DNA from: a virus
Taxonomy: Duplodnaviria > Caudoviricetes
Direction: 5' to 3' (one strand)
IMG/VR virus record: IMGVR_UViG_3300032330_001895
Coordinates: 1-25,990 of that record
DNA length: 25,990 nt
Shown piece after piece: positions 1 through 9,367 of this stretch (within the stretch, counting starts at the first letter, position 1; the number at the start of each line of letters is the position of its first letter). Made by a program: the position numbers and the translations under genes. A model generated the notes under the pieces. It saw nothing but the letters and a program-made list of their open reading frames with translations, ran no database searches and was not told the DNA's origin.

Positions 1-2490
1 TAATCTATAATATTGGTTATCTGTATTTTCAGGGTCAGTTGTAAATGGTGAACTACCCACATAGAACGCTGGTTGTCCCGCAGTTGCAAATCCTGAAGGA
101 ATCAAGATTGACTGTGCGTTTATGTCCATGTGATAACCTCTTGTTAAATACGCCCAATTATCACCAGTTGTATCGTTACAAATGTCTAATGGAAGTTGTT
201 TACCTTTATAATTATAGAAATCTACATCATACCCGATTGTATCAGAAATACCTAAATATGTTCTTCTAACATTATCACCCGCACTTGTGTTAGCATCGTT
301 TGCACCTGTTGCAGTACCGAATGGTTGGTCATAAATAACTTCACCAGGGTAGTCATATTTAGTTTTATAAATTGGGAATGGAGACTTAGCACCTGCATAT
401 TCTCTTGTTAAATAACCTTCAAAACCACAAGGAAGTGCGTCTATCGGAGCATCTTCATTCATAGTAATCATCACATATTTTGAGTTCAGTTGATATTCAC
501 CATCAACAGTACCTATCTTTTGTGCGATAAAGTTATTTTCATTCGGATTCATAGCACAATTAGTAAACTTCTCAAGTACTACAGGATTTGCATCACTATC
601 AAAGAAATCTCTAACTAATACATCGAATGTACCGTTACTGAACGAAATGTTCGCTATAGAAATTTTAACTTCAATATTTGCAGAATTACCATCAGCAATT
701 GTTGTAAATTTAAATAAGTTAAATACTTTATTACCTCTTAATTCAGACACAACCCAAGGTGAACTTGGAGATTGATATTGTTCTAAATACCAAGCGATTG
801 ATGTTCCATCAGAACCTTGTCTTGCATCAGGTAAAGAAATTAATTCACAATTTAAACCTCTTACATAACCTTTCTTATATCCGTAGTTTAATAATGATTG
901 ATATCTTTCTTCTACAAACAATGGAACAACCGATTTTGGTTTACCAAAGTTTGATGAACCAAATACTTTTGAAATATATTTTGGGTCAGAGTTAGTGAAT
1001 GAAGTTTCAAAGAAGTAAGGTGTCCCTGTTTTTCCTGTAATATTTAAACCAAATGTTGCATAAGGATTAGTACTAATTCCACTGTAAGGTCCAGTACATA
1101 CCATTTGAACATTTGATAATTCAGGAACTTCATATACCGCTCCATTGTCATTACTATAATTTGCAACACCTCTTGAACGTAGGGTAGCGATTACTAAATC
1201 ATCATAATCAGTATATGCAGTACCTGAATATACATAAATTGTACCCATCATACTTCCACTATAACAAGTTACAAACGTACTTGCGTTTTGAGACCCAGTA
1301 CTTCCCGTTGTTGCAGGGTTACAAGGATTTTCAATTGTAACACAAACAGTCCATTCAGTTATAACTGAAGAATCTTCAGATGTTAATACATATGTTAAGC
1401 AACCACTTGAGAAATCATTAGTAGTTACACCACTTTGTTGAGGAACTGAATTAACTGTTATATTAGTTGTACATGCACTAAAGTTACTAATAACATTTGT
1501 TAAAGTTACAGATGAGAAAGTGGCATATGGTAAAACAACATTAATTGTGTTATTGTTGTAGTTAAGACTTCCTGTCACACCACTTACATTGTAATTGTAA
1601 AAAGATGCACAATTTGAAGATGTTGTAGTTGTTGTAAAATCAACAATTGTAGTGTAGAATGATGAACCTGTATAAACAGAGTTACCAACATTATTAAATA
1701 ATGAGTAGTACCAAGGGTCATTATTTGGGTCTGCCAAATCAGCCGTTGTTGAACTTACATCATCAACACCATAAACATTTGTTAAATTAGATGTACCGTA
1801 TGTAGTAACTAAACCATCATAATCGTTACCCTCAATTACTCCATAGAAGTATACTGAAGAATTCACCAAAGAATTATTTAACATTACTTGGTAAACTTGA
1901 TTTTTAAGATTTGAATTAATACTTGAAATATTCCCGTTGAACAATTCAAAAGGAGTTGTTAATTTTTCTTGTATAATCGCTGGTAAATCCGATGTGAACG
2001 ATATACTCTCAACACCTGAAGTACAACCTGTGAAGTCAAATATAAAAGGAATAGTTTCGTATTCCAAACATATTGGTTCACAACCTGTTTCAGGAGATGC
2101 TGGTTCTAAATTTATACATTTGAATGCTACAGTTGTCGGGTCAACATTCGCCACCGTATAGATAGACCATGAAGGTCCTGCGTCATATCCTGATAACCCT
2201 AAAACTCTAGTTACAAATAATTGATTTGATTGTTGTAAATATGATTTCGCGATATACGCCGCTTCATATTTTGGGATTTGTGTATTCACAAATTTTTCTG
2301 GGGAAGTACCACCAAAGTATGTAGAGAATTCATCAAAATTTGTGATGAAAATAGGTTCAAATGCTGGACCTTTTAGAGTCTCTCCTACAATACCTAAAGT
2401 CGTAACACCCACACTTTGTGAAACAAAACTTAAGTCTACCTCAGATGTGTAAACACCTGGAGATACAAAAACTTTACTGTTAGATGCCAT
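1..2490 (-). CDS. Contractile tail sheath protein; the C-terminus runs off the left edge and the gene is absent from the ORF track
   Basis: ATG at 2490 reads MASNSKVFVSPGVYTSEVDLSFVSQSVGVTTLGIVGETLKGPAFEPIFITNFDEFSTYFG...YLQQSNQLFVTRVLG, the SPGVY..E.D.S / G...KGP / F...FG sheath N-terminus. The same frame is still open at base 1 (...FTTDPENTDNQYYRL). Confidence 0.92.
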   Translation of the reverse strand, partial: MASNSKVFVSPGVYTSEVDLSFVSQSVGVTTLGIVGETLKGPAFEPIFITNFDEFSTYFGGTSPEKFVNTQIPKYEAAYIAKSYLQQSNQLFVTRVLGLSGYDAGPSWSIYTVANVDPTTVAFKCINLEPASPETGCEPICLEYETIPFIFDFTGCTSGVESISFTSDLPAIIQEKLTTPFELFNGNISSINSNLKNQVYQVMLNNSLVNSSVYFYGVIEGNDYDGLVTTYGTSNLTNVYGVDDVSSTTADLADPNNDPWYYSLFNNVGNSVYTGSSFYTTIVDFTTTTTSSNCASFYNYNVSGVTGSLNYNNNTINVVLPYATFSSVTLTNVISNFSACTTNITVNSVPQQSGVTTNDFSSGCLTYVLTSEDSSVITEWTVCVTIENPCNPATTGSTGSQNASTFVTCYSGSMMGTIYVYSGTAYTDYDDLVIATLRSRGVANYSNDNGAVYEVPELSNVQMVCTGPYSGISTNPYATFGLNITGKTGTPYFFETSFTNSDPKYISKVFGSSNFGKPKSVVPLFVEERYQSLLNYGYKKGYVRGLNCELISLPDARQGSDGTSIAWYLEQYQSPSSPWVVSELRGNKVFNLFKFTTIADGNSANIEVKISIANISFSNGTFDVLVRDFFDSDANPVVLEKFTNCAMNPNENNFIAQKIGTVDGEYQLNSKYVMITMNEDAPIDALPCGFEGYLTREYAGAKSPFPIYKTKYDYPGEVIYDQPFGTATGANDANTSAGDNVRRTYLGISDTIGYDVDFYNYKGKQLPLDICNDTTGDNWAYLTRGYHMDINAQSILIPSGFATAGQPAFYVGSSPFTTDPENTDNQYYRL

Positions 2491-2524
2491 TACTAGATTT
2501 TTTGTTAGTTAATTTATTTTATAG

Positions 2525-2531
2525 ATAAATA
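2525..2531 (-). promoter_or_regulatory. TATTTAT putative late promoter motif for the tail sheath gene
   Basis: ATAAATA on + strand, 34 nt upstream of the sheath ATG; the motif recurs before nine other genes. Confidence 0.6.
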
Positions 2532-2552
2532 TTTGAAAAAAAAACAAAATAC

Positions 2553-2609
2553 TTGACTTTATTCAATGTATTTATAAATTGGGCAGAATATTTTCTACCT
2601 ATTTTCTAC
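2553..2609 (+). promoter_or_regulatory. Promoter/operator region of the small RHH gene
   Basis: TTGACT (2553-2558), 16 nt, TAAATT (2575-2580), overlapping TATTTAT (2569-2575). Direct repeat TATTTTCTAC at 2589-2598 and 2600-2609 just before the ATG. Confidence 0.45.
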
Positions 2610-2610
2610 T

Positions 2611-2775
2611 ATGGATGATAATATTAAAAAAATAAAAAATCTTAAGATATCAATTGAGACTCATGATGTACTAAAAAAATATTGTGATAACAACGGTGTA
2701 GTTATGTATAGGTTTTTAGAAAAACTTATCTTAGATAACTGTAAACCAAAGAAAGATATCTATGGAGAAAATTAA
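2611..2775 (+). CDS. Small ribbon-helix-helix DNA-binding protein, 54 aa (below the ORF-track cutoff)
   Basis: MDDNIKKIKNLKISIETHDVLKKYCDNNGVVMYRFLEKLILDNCKPKKDIYGEN*. Strand KNLKIS, then helix, G turn, helix. Overlaps the convergent gene by 4 nt. Confidence 0.72.
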   Translation: MDDNIKKIKNLKISIETHDVLKKYCDNNGVVMYRFLEKLILDNCKPKKDIYGEN

Positions 2776-3809
2776 AGGAGTAGGTTATTGAATTGAATTT
2801 TTGACTCTAAACTGTCATCATTCTTAGTAACTTCTATTTTTACAACATCACCCGTATTAATTTGGATTACCCCAACATTTTCTCCATAATACATGTTATT
2901 AATATAAACTTCAAAGTTTTTAACATTCTTTGTTTCACCAAGATTTAGATTAACTGTGTAATCAAACCTTTGGGAAATCAAACTATTACCCACCACAAAT
3001 AGAACATCTAAATTAGTACTTGCGGGGTTATCATTTATTTTCTTCTGTTTTCTTGAGACACCTTTATCTAATTCAAGAACTTGTAAAACTCTGTTAATTG
3101 CTGGTGAAACTTCAAACTCATCCTCATCAATTAAGAATCCTAACATTGTGAATTCATAGGTCTGAATATAATACTTTCTTTTCTCAATAGTCAATTCTGA
3201 TTCATCAGTAATGTTACCCATAACAATCGGAATATAATGTCCTTTAATCACTTGGTAGGCTTGTTTTGACGCAAATTTTTCTAAAACAACTTTATTAAAT
3301 GCGTTAAGTTCTCTCATTCTATTACAAATAATTTTAACAGAATAAGTAATATCAACAGGTACAGGTTGTGGTATTTTATAAATGTCCATACCATGTCTTT
3401 GACCATCCCAAGTAGGTACTTGAGCATAAAAATATAATCTTCTATTTGGAATGTTATACATTACCGCAGGGTTAGTACCGAATTTAACTTCAGGATTACG
3501 AACTGTAGTAATCAATGGTGGTTCAACATTCTTATCTAAATTTTGGAAATCCCATGTTTCGGTAAATTGAGACCAGTTTTGAGTGGTTATTATAATATCA
3601 ACTGTTGGAATGATTTTTCCTGTTACAACAGTTTTTAATTCATCTCTTACAAAATCTAAAAACCCTCTATCTAAATCGGCATGCAATAAAGATTTTGGTA
3701 GGTATGTACCATCCTTATTTATTTTTTCCAATAACTCGTACCTTCTTGGTAACAATGTTTTTGGTTCCGTCAAAGGTAAATATGGTTTAATTTTTTTAGG
3801 TAATGCCAT
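2772..3809 (-). CDS. Putative tail completion / sheath terminator protein (T4 gp15-like role)
   Basis: 345 aa, between a neck-like gene and the sheath. The IPQPVPVDITYSVKI segment resembles the tail-terminator P.P..I.Y.L.I motif. The call rests on synteny plus a weak motif. Confidence 0.55.
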   Translation of the reverse strand: MALPKKIKPYLPLTEPKTLLPRRYELLEKINKDGTYLPKSLLHADLDRGFLDFVRDELKTVVTGKIIPTVDIIITTQNWSQFTETWDFQNLDKNVEPPLITTVRNPEVKFGTNPAVMYNIPNRRLYFYAQVPTWDGQRHGMDIYKIPQPVPVDITYSVKIICNRMRELNAFNKVVLEKFASKQAYQVIKGHYIPIVMGNITDESELTIEKRKYYIQTYEFTMLGFLIDEDEFEVSPAINRVLQVLELDKGVSRKQKKINDNPASTNLDVLFVVGNSLISQRFDYTVNLNLGETKNVKNFEVYINNMYYGENVGVIQINTGDVVKIEVTKNDDSLESKIQFNNLLL

Positions 3810-3970
3810 TAATTTTCTTCATTAGTGTGACCACATTTATGACAAGTATATGGGTCGTTTCCTCCATCGGATAAATCCCAAGACCACCCACATTCTTCAC
3901 AAACAACTTTATTGTTGCTCATTTTTTTAACTATGGATTTAAGTTGTCTTTCAAAAATTATAATTTTCAT
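3809..3970 (-). CDS. Small zinc-ribbon protein, 53 aa (not in the ORF track)
   Basis: MKIIIFERQLKSIVKKMSNNKVVCEECGWSWDLSDGGNDPYTCHKCGHTNEEN*, with two CxxC motifs. ATGA overlap with the upstream gene and TAATG overlap with the downstream gene. Confidence 0.8.
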   Translation of the reverse strand: MKIIIFERQLKSIVKKMSNNKVVCEECGWSWDLSDGGNDPYTCHKCGHTNEEN

Positions 3971-4482
3971 AATCCTCTAAATTCATTATTCATAACAGCT
4001 GACGCTATTATTGACCTGTAGAATGGTTTATAACCTCCATAAGTGTGTTTATTGTCAGAAGTAACACGACCATCATTGTTTACCACATAATATCTAACTT
4101 TACTTTCAGTTTCATAATATCCAATGTAATCACCATAATTAATATCAATACCTAACTCATCTAACTGACGTTGGTATACTCCAACATTTAAATTACCAGG
4201 TTCTGTTTGGTCTAACTTACTTGAGCCCAAATATTTGTTTTCAGGAGCCAATATTTTAACATAACCTTTAAATTCAACAGGTGGTAGAAACTTAATTCCG
4301 TCTTCTAAAGTCTCACCGTAAACATCATCTGTCTTAGTTTTAACCCTATCAACTCTATAAAGAATTAATGTAAAATTCATATCACCTTCCAACCATTCGG
4401 AACCCATAGAGATTTCCAAACTGAAATCTTCTTCCCCGAAAAATTTACCTATTCTCGTTATTGGAACTTTATTCTCTGACAT
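3967..4482 (-). CDS. Putative neck / head-closure protein (T4 gp14-like role)
   Basis: 171 aa with a DDVYGE motif and a GDYI segment typical of head-closure proteins; lies in the neck/tail operon. Confidence 0.6.
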   Translation of the reverse strand: MSENKVPITRIGKFFGEEDFSLEISMGSEWLEGDMNFTLILYRVDRVKTKTDDVYGETLEDGIKFLPPVEFKGYVKILAPENKYLGSSKLDQTEPGNLNVGVYQRQLDELGIDINYGDYIGYYETESKVRYYVVNNDGRVTSDNKHTYGGYKPFYRSIIASAVMNNEFRGL

Positions 4483-4486
4483 ATTG

Positions 4487-4493
4487 ATAAATA
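4487..4493 (-). promoter_or_regulatory. TATTTAT putative late promoter motif
   Basis: ATAAATA on + strand, 4 nt from the ATG at 4482. Confidence 0.55.
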
Positions 4494-4529
4494 TTAATTA
4501 ATTGATTATTTTTATATTAAAAGTGAACA

Positions 4530-6293
4530 TTGGAATCTTTACCTAATCCAAATACTGTTGAAACCAGAGCATTATCAATACTTGAAAGTTATGATGGTGC
4601 AAATAATTATATTCTGAAATTAAAAAAGAACTTTCAAAAAAATAAAAAGTTTTATTTAACACGTTCTCAATCAGATTATATCTTAAATTTTCACGATAAA
4701 CCACCGAAGGTTGCGAAAAAATGGGTAGACTTAGACCCGTATTTTTCAAAAAAGATTGCCGATGAAAAACTTTATACTGAAATACCTAACAATATATGGG
4801 TTGAAAAGTTATTAGCCGAAAAAGAAAAATCTTATCATATTTGGGGTAAATTATTTGAGACTGAAGAAATACACGATTTTTGGTTACCAAAAGGAGCTTT
4901 AATTAAAACACATGTTGTTGAAAAAGTAACCATAGATTATTCAAAATATTCTCATAGACCACCATTAGAACATCAAAAGGAGGCTATTGAGAAACTTGTG
5001 GGAAGTAAACGATTTATTTTAGCTGATGATATGGGATTGGGTAAGACTACATCAACAATTATTGCGGCATTGGAGACGGGTTCTAAAAAGATTCTTATTA
5101 TTTGTCCCGCATCACTCAAAATAAACTGGGAAAGGGAAATAAAAAATTATAGTGATAGAAGTGTTTATATTGCGGATGGTAAAAATTTCTCTATTGACCA
5201 TGATTTTGTCATTGTTAACTACGATATCCTTAAAAATTTCTACGATTTAAAGGAAAAAGAAAATTCATTAATATATCAATTTAATCCTGACTTAATCATC
5301 ATAGATGAGGCTCATTATGTTCAAAATGGTCAGGCTCAAAGAACAAAATTGGTTAATAATTTCTCAAAAAAGGTTGATAGGTTGTGGTTACTAACAGGTA
5401 CACCCATGACATCAAGACCTATGAATTATTTTAATTTATTAAGTTTAATTGAAAGTCCTGTTGCTCAGAATTGGATGGCTTATGCCATTAGATACTGTCA
5501 AGGATATCAATTTAAAGCAGGAAATAGAAAGGTTTGGAATGTTACAGGAGCGTCAAATTTAGAAGAATTGAGAGACAGGACATCAAGACAAGTGTTGAGA
5601 AGATTAAAGGAAGATGTTTTAGATTTACCTGATAAAATTATCACACCTGTTTACCTCAGATTAAGGTCAAGATTGTATGAAGGACTAATGGGGGAATATT
5701 ATAATTGGTATGACAATAAAAAAGAAGAATCTTCGTCATTAACCGTACAGTTCTCAAAACTTATGAAGGTTAGGCAAGTTATTTCGGAAGAAAAAGTTAG
5801 TAGTACAATTGAGTTGGCTCAGAACATTTTAGACCAAGATAAAAAAGTTATTATTTTCACTAATTTTACTGAAACTTTAAACAAAATAAAAGAACATTTT
5901 GGTAAACAAGCTGTTCATTTAGATGGTAGTTGCTCAAAACCACAAAGACAATATGCGGTCGACCAATTCCAAGAAAATGACAAAATTAAAGTATTCGTTG
6001 GTAATATTAAAGCCGCAGGTGTAGGTATTACTCTTACCGCAGCAGAAGCGGTTATTATAAATGACCTTTCATTTGTGCCAGGTGACTTATCACAAGCCGA
6101 AGATAGAGCATATCGTTATGGTCAAAAGAATTCAGTATCAGTTTATTACCCAATATTTGAAAACACAATAGAAGGAATCATATACGACATGATTAATAAC
6201 AAAAAACAAAACATTGCAACTGTAATGGGTGATAACCTTAATTCAGGTGATGTTGTAGAAGAAATCATGAATAAAATTAATAACTTAAGATAA
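4530..6293 (+). CDS. SNF2-family SF2 helicase/translocase (SMARCAL1/HARP-like)
   Basis: Motif I LADDMGLGKT, Ia ICPASL, II DEAH, III LTGTP, V AAGVGITLT, VI QAEDRAYRYGQ; TTG start. Confidence 0.93.
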   Translation: MESLPNPNTVETRALSILESYDGANNYILKLKKNFQKNKKFYLTRSQSDYILNFHDKPPKVAKKWVDLDPYFSKKIADEKLYTEIPNNIWVEKLLAEKEKSYHIWGKLFETEEIHDFWLPKGALIKTHVVEKVTIDYSKYSHRPPLEHQKEAIEKLVGSKRFILADDMGLGKTTSTIIAALETGSKKILIICPASLKINWEREIKNYSDRSVYIADGKNFSIDHDFVIVNYDILKNFYDLKEKENSLIYQFNPDLIIIDEAHYVQNGQAQRTKLVNNFSKKVDRLWLLTGTPMTSRPMNYFNLLSLIESPVAQNWMAYAIRYCQGYQFKAGNRKVWNVTGASNLEELRDRTSRQVLRRLKEDVLDLPDKIITPVYLRLRSRLYEGLMGEYYNWYDNKKEESSSLTVQFSKLMKVRQVISEEKVSSTIELAQNILDQDKKVIIFTNFTETLNKIKEHFGKQAVHLDGSCSKPQRQYAVDQFQENDKIKVFVGNIKAAGVGITLTAAEAVIINDLSFVPGDLSQAEDRAYRYGQKNSVSVYYPIFENTIEGIIYDMINNKKQNIATVMGDNLNSGDVVEEIMNKINNLR

Positions 6294-6308
6294 TTTGAAC
6301 TTTCAGAT

Positions 6309-6315
6309 TATTTAT
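6309..6315 (+). promoter_or_regulatory. TATTTAT putative late promoter motif for the SOD fusion gene
   Basis: TATTTAT 17 nt upstream of the ATG at 6333. Confidence 0.55.
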
Positions 6316-6332
6316 TATTAAAATAATACTGT

Positions 6333-7868
6333 ATGAAAAAGATTGAAGAAAAAATCAATCTGATTAACGAACAACTTTTAAAGGAGGAGTACCAGACAAA
6401 CAAAAAGTTCATTTTATCAGAAATGAAACGTATAGGTATTGAAGAATTACCTTACTCATATTCTGCTTTAAAAAACTTTATTGATTCAGAAACGATGTCT
6501 ACCCATTATAATAAACATTACAAAGGGTATGTTAAAAAATTAAACAAGGCACTTTCTCAAAAGGACTACGGAGATTTAGAGTTAGAAGAAATCATTAAAT
6601 CAATTAGTAAGTACGACGAAACTATACGAAATAATGCGGGTGGAGCTTTCAATCATGCATTATTTTGGAAAATGTTGTCACCTAAAAAACAAAAAATACA
6701 AGGTGATATTTTAGAAAAAATTAAGAAGGATTTTGGAAGTTATAGAGAATTTAAAACTATTTTTGAAGAATTTGCTCAAGAAAGATTTGGTTCAGGATGG
6801 GTGTGGTTGATACTAACAAAAGGTGATAAACTAAAAGTTATGTCAACACCAAACCAAGATAACCCACTCATGAATGTTGTTAAAAATGGTGGTTATCCTA
6901 TATTGGGTTTAGACCTTTGGGAACACGCTTATTATTTAAAATACAAAAACGAAAAAAACAATTACATCAAAAATTTTTGGGACAGTGTCAATTGGCAGTT
7001 TGTCAACAAAATGTTAAAAATGAAAATGAAGACAAAGTTAACTGAATCTATTTTTTCAAAAAATCTTCTTACTGAGTCAAAATCAACATCTTGCACTTAT
7101 GAGATGGCTCAGACATATAGATTTATATTCAACATCAATGATGAAGTGAAGAAAATATTCATGTACAGTATTAATGATGTTTTGAAAAATGTTTTTCCTG
7201 ATAATTTCTATAGATACAATGAATATGAGAAAGGTCAGATGTCAGGAATTTATGATTTGGAAAGAAAAGGTAGGTCAGTAATTAATAGACTTAATACAAA
7301 CTATTATGGTTTTTGTATTCTTGTTAATGATTTAAATAAATTGTTAAAATCACAAAACCAACCTGTTTTAGATTTTGTTGGTAAAACACCACAAGAACAA
7401 ATAGATGAAGTTAAAAGAATGACTTCATTAATTGAGAGGTATGGTTCAAGAATTTTTAATCAAGAATCTGACACTTTTAAAAACATAATGGAAATTCTTG
7501 ATGTGAAAGACAAACAGGGTAATAAAACCGAAGATTTAACAGTAAAAATTCTAAAGAAAAAATTTGGAGATGAGAATGTTACAAGAATTGGAGAACTTGG
7601 AAGTGAATTAGATATGGTTAAAGGTATTGACTGTATTATCAAAGATAAAGGGAGAGAATACACCGCACAAATCAAACCTTATTCAAACATTTCAGAATCT
7701 GAAAATGAAATAACTATTTTAAATTCAGGTCAAGTTAAGAAATATAGTACGGACTGGATAATATTCAGTAAGGGGACAACTATTTTAGTATTTGAAAATT
7801 CAGGAACAAAAATAGTGGACGGTAACTTCGTATTTCCACAAGATAGTTTAATTTATACACTATCTTAA
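6333..7868 (+). CDS. Fe/Mn superoxide dismutase (Mn-type signature) fused to a C-terminal PD-(D/E)XK-like nuclease domain
   Basis: SOD spans about aa 35-228: LPY, H58 (THYNKH), H108 (NNAGGAFNHALFW), FGSGWVWL, TPNQDNP, D194/H198 (DLWEHAYY). The roughly 280-aa C-terminal extension has E400, D433 (GIDC) and Q446-x-K448. The SOD call is firm; the nuclease call is moderate. Confidence 0.88.
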   Translation: MKKIEEKINLINEQLLKEEYQTNKKFILSEMKRIGIEELPYSYSALKNFIDSETMSTHYNKHYKGYVKKLNKALSQKDYGDLELEEIIKSISKYDETIRNNAGGAFNHALFWKMLSPKKQKIQGDILEKIKKDFGSYREFKTIFEEFAQERFGSGWVWLILTKGDKLKVMSTPNQDNPLMNVVKNGGYPILGLDLWEHAYYLKYKNEKNNYIKNFWDSVNWQFVNKMLKMKMKTKLTESIFSKNLLTESKSTSCTYEMAQTYRFIFNINDEVKKIFMYSINDVLKNVFPDNFYRYNEYEKGQMSGIYDLERKGRSVINRLNTNYYGFCILVNDLNKLLKSQNQPVLDFVGKTPQEQIDEVKRMTSLIERYGSRIFNQESDTFKNIMEILDVKDKQGNKTEDLTVKILKKKFGDENVTRIGELGSELDMVKGIDCIIKDKGREYTAQIKPYSNISESENEITILNSGQVKKYSTDWIIFSKGTTILVFENSGTKIVDGNFVFPQDSLIYTLS

Positions 7869-7875
7869 TATTTAT
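7869..7875 (+). promoter_or_regulatory. TATTTAT putative late promoter motif
   Basis: TATTTATA 13 nt upstream of the ATG at 7889. Confidence 0.55.
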
Positions 7876-7888
7876 AGAATAAAAACCT

Positions 7889-9010
7889 ATGTCAATAATT
7901 TCTGAACCATATAGAACCCAGCTCTTCACTAAATTAAGACATCTTCTTGGTGCACCATTAAGAAGTGTTGAATTAGAAGACGAGCAATTAGATTCACTTT
8001 TAGAATTATCTATTGAAGATTATTCACAATATATTCAGGACTGGTTGATTGAATCTCAATGGACTTCACTATATAATCTTAATTTAGATACACAATCTTT
8101 ATCAAGAGCTTTCATAACTAAAGATTTTAATTTTGAGGAACGATACACTTACGCTTATTCCAAGATTGTTGGATTACAGGCAGGTGGTGATTGGGAATTA
8201 AAAAAAGATTATATCCAACTTGTAAGAGGACAACAAATTTATGAAATTCCTGCAGGTAGAGAATTAAATGAATTATTATGGTTCACACCTTCTACATTAA
8301 ATAATATATTGTTTGACCCTTGGAGTTTTGGAGCATTAGGTGGTACAGGTATCGGAGGTCCCGGAGGTTTCTCACAAATGGGAGGGTCAGGTTCATACTT
8401 TATGATGCCAGCATTTGATATGTTATTGAGAATGCAAGAGATTAACATTCAAAGAAGAATTATCGGTGGTGATTTAACTTATAGAGTTACCGCTCTTCCT
8501 GAAGGAAAAAAGGCAATTCATTTAATGAATACACCAGGTGGTAAATTTGACTTTGGTAATGCATCATTAATGAATGGTAAAGTTTGGTATTGGTATTATG
8601 ATACAGGACAAGGTGATAGAGATAAATGTCTTAAAGACAATCCTGATATCATTAAATTACCTTCAGACGTTCCTTTTGAAAAAATTAACTGGGATGATTT
8701 AAATAACCCCGCACAAGTTTGGGTTCGTAGATGGTTCTTCGCTTATGCAAAAGAAACGTTATCAAGAGTGAGAGGTAAATTCAGTGGTAATATCAAAACT
8801 CCTGATTCAGAATTAACCATGGACTACGCATCATTGGCCACTGAGGCTAAGGATGAAAAAACTAAATTGATTGATGAACTAACTGGTACTGAAGGTCGTC
8901 TAACAAGATTGAAACCTGAAAAGGTAATGGAACGTGAAGCGTTATTAGCTGAAAACTTAAATAAAATTAAGAAATTTACAGCAATGCCAAGACAAATATA
9001 TGTAATATAA
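7889..9010 (+). CDS. Neck protein / head-tail adaptor (T4 gp13-like)
   Basis: N-terminal LGAPLRSVELEDEQL matches the gp13-type LG.P...VE....Q. motif. C-terminal WVRRWFFAYAKETLSRVRGKF...P...L matches the gp13 W...Y..A..K...G....K pattern. Confidence 0.8.
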   Translation: MSIISEPYRTQLFTKLRHLLGAPLRSVELEDEQLDSLLELSIEDYSQYIQDWLIESQWTSLYNLNLDTQSLSRAFITKDFNFEERYTYAYSKIVGLQAGGDWELKKDYIQLVRGQQIYEIPAGRELNELLWFTPSTLNNILFDPWSFGALGGTGIGGPGGFSQMGGSGSYFMMPAFDMLLRMQEINIQRRIIGGDLTYRVTALPEGKKAIHLMNTPGGKFDFGNASLMNGKVWYWYYDTGQGDRDKCLKDNPDIIKLPSDVPFEKINWDDLNNPAQVWVRRWFFAYAKETLSRVRGKFSGNIKTPDSELTMDYASLATEAKDEKTKLIDELTGTEGRLTRLKPEKVMEREALLAENLNKIKKFTAMPRQIYVI

Positions 9011-9013
9011 CTT

Positions 9014-9367
9014 ATGACTTTTTTAGAGAAAAAATTTATCAAAAAACAAATCGGAGATAAAGTATTTGGAGTTAATCCAAAAATTATTGAATCCAATTCA
9101 CCTGATTTAATTGGGAATAGTTATTTAACTCAATCGGAGAATTTCATTTTGGTGAAAGATATTACCGATGGTACAATAATTTTAAATAATCTCGTAACCC
9201 AACATATCGTAATAAAATGTTTGGGTAAAATTATAGTTAAACCATTTAATAATAAAATTGATGATGAGTTTGATGAAATAGAATTAGGTAAAGGGTCTTG
9301 TGTTGAATTTTTAATGGTTGAAGATAATTGGTATATCATATCTTCAGATGGTTTAAAACAATCATAA
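9014..9367 (+). CDS. Hypothetical beta-rich protein, possibly virion-associated
   Basis: 117-aa ORF 3 nt after the neck gene, ending ...DNWYIISSDG. Confidence 0.65.
   Translation: MTFLEKKFIKKQIGDKVFGVNPKIIESNSPDLIGNSYLTQSENFILVKDITDGTIILNNLVTQHIVIKCLGKIIVKPFNNKIDDEFDEIELGKGSCVEFLMVEDNWYIISSDGLKQS

Noticed and set aside
45-2161. Short + strand ORFs 45..269, 759..995 and 1937..2161
   Set aside because: They lie antisense to the tail sheath frame and show no recognisable motifs
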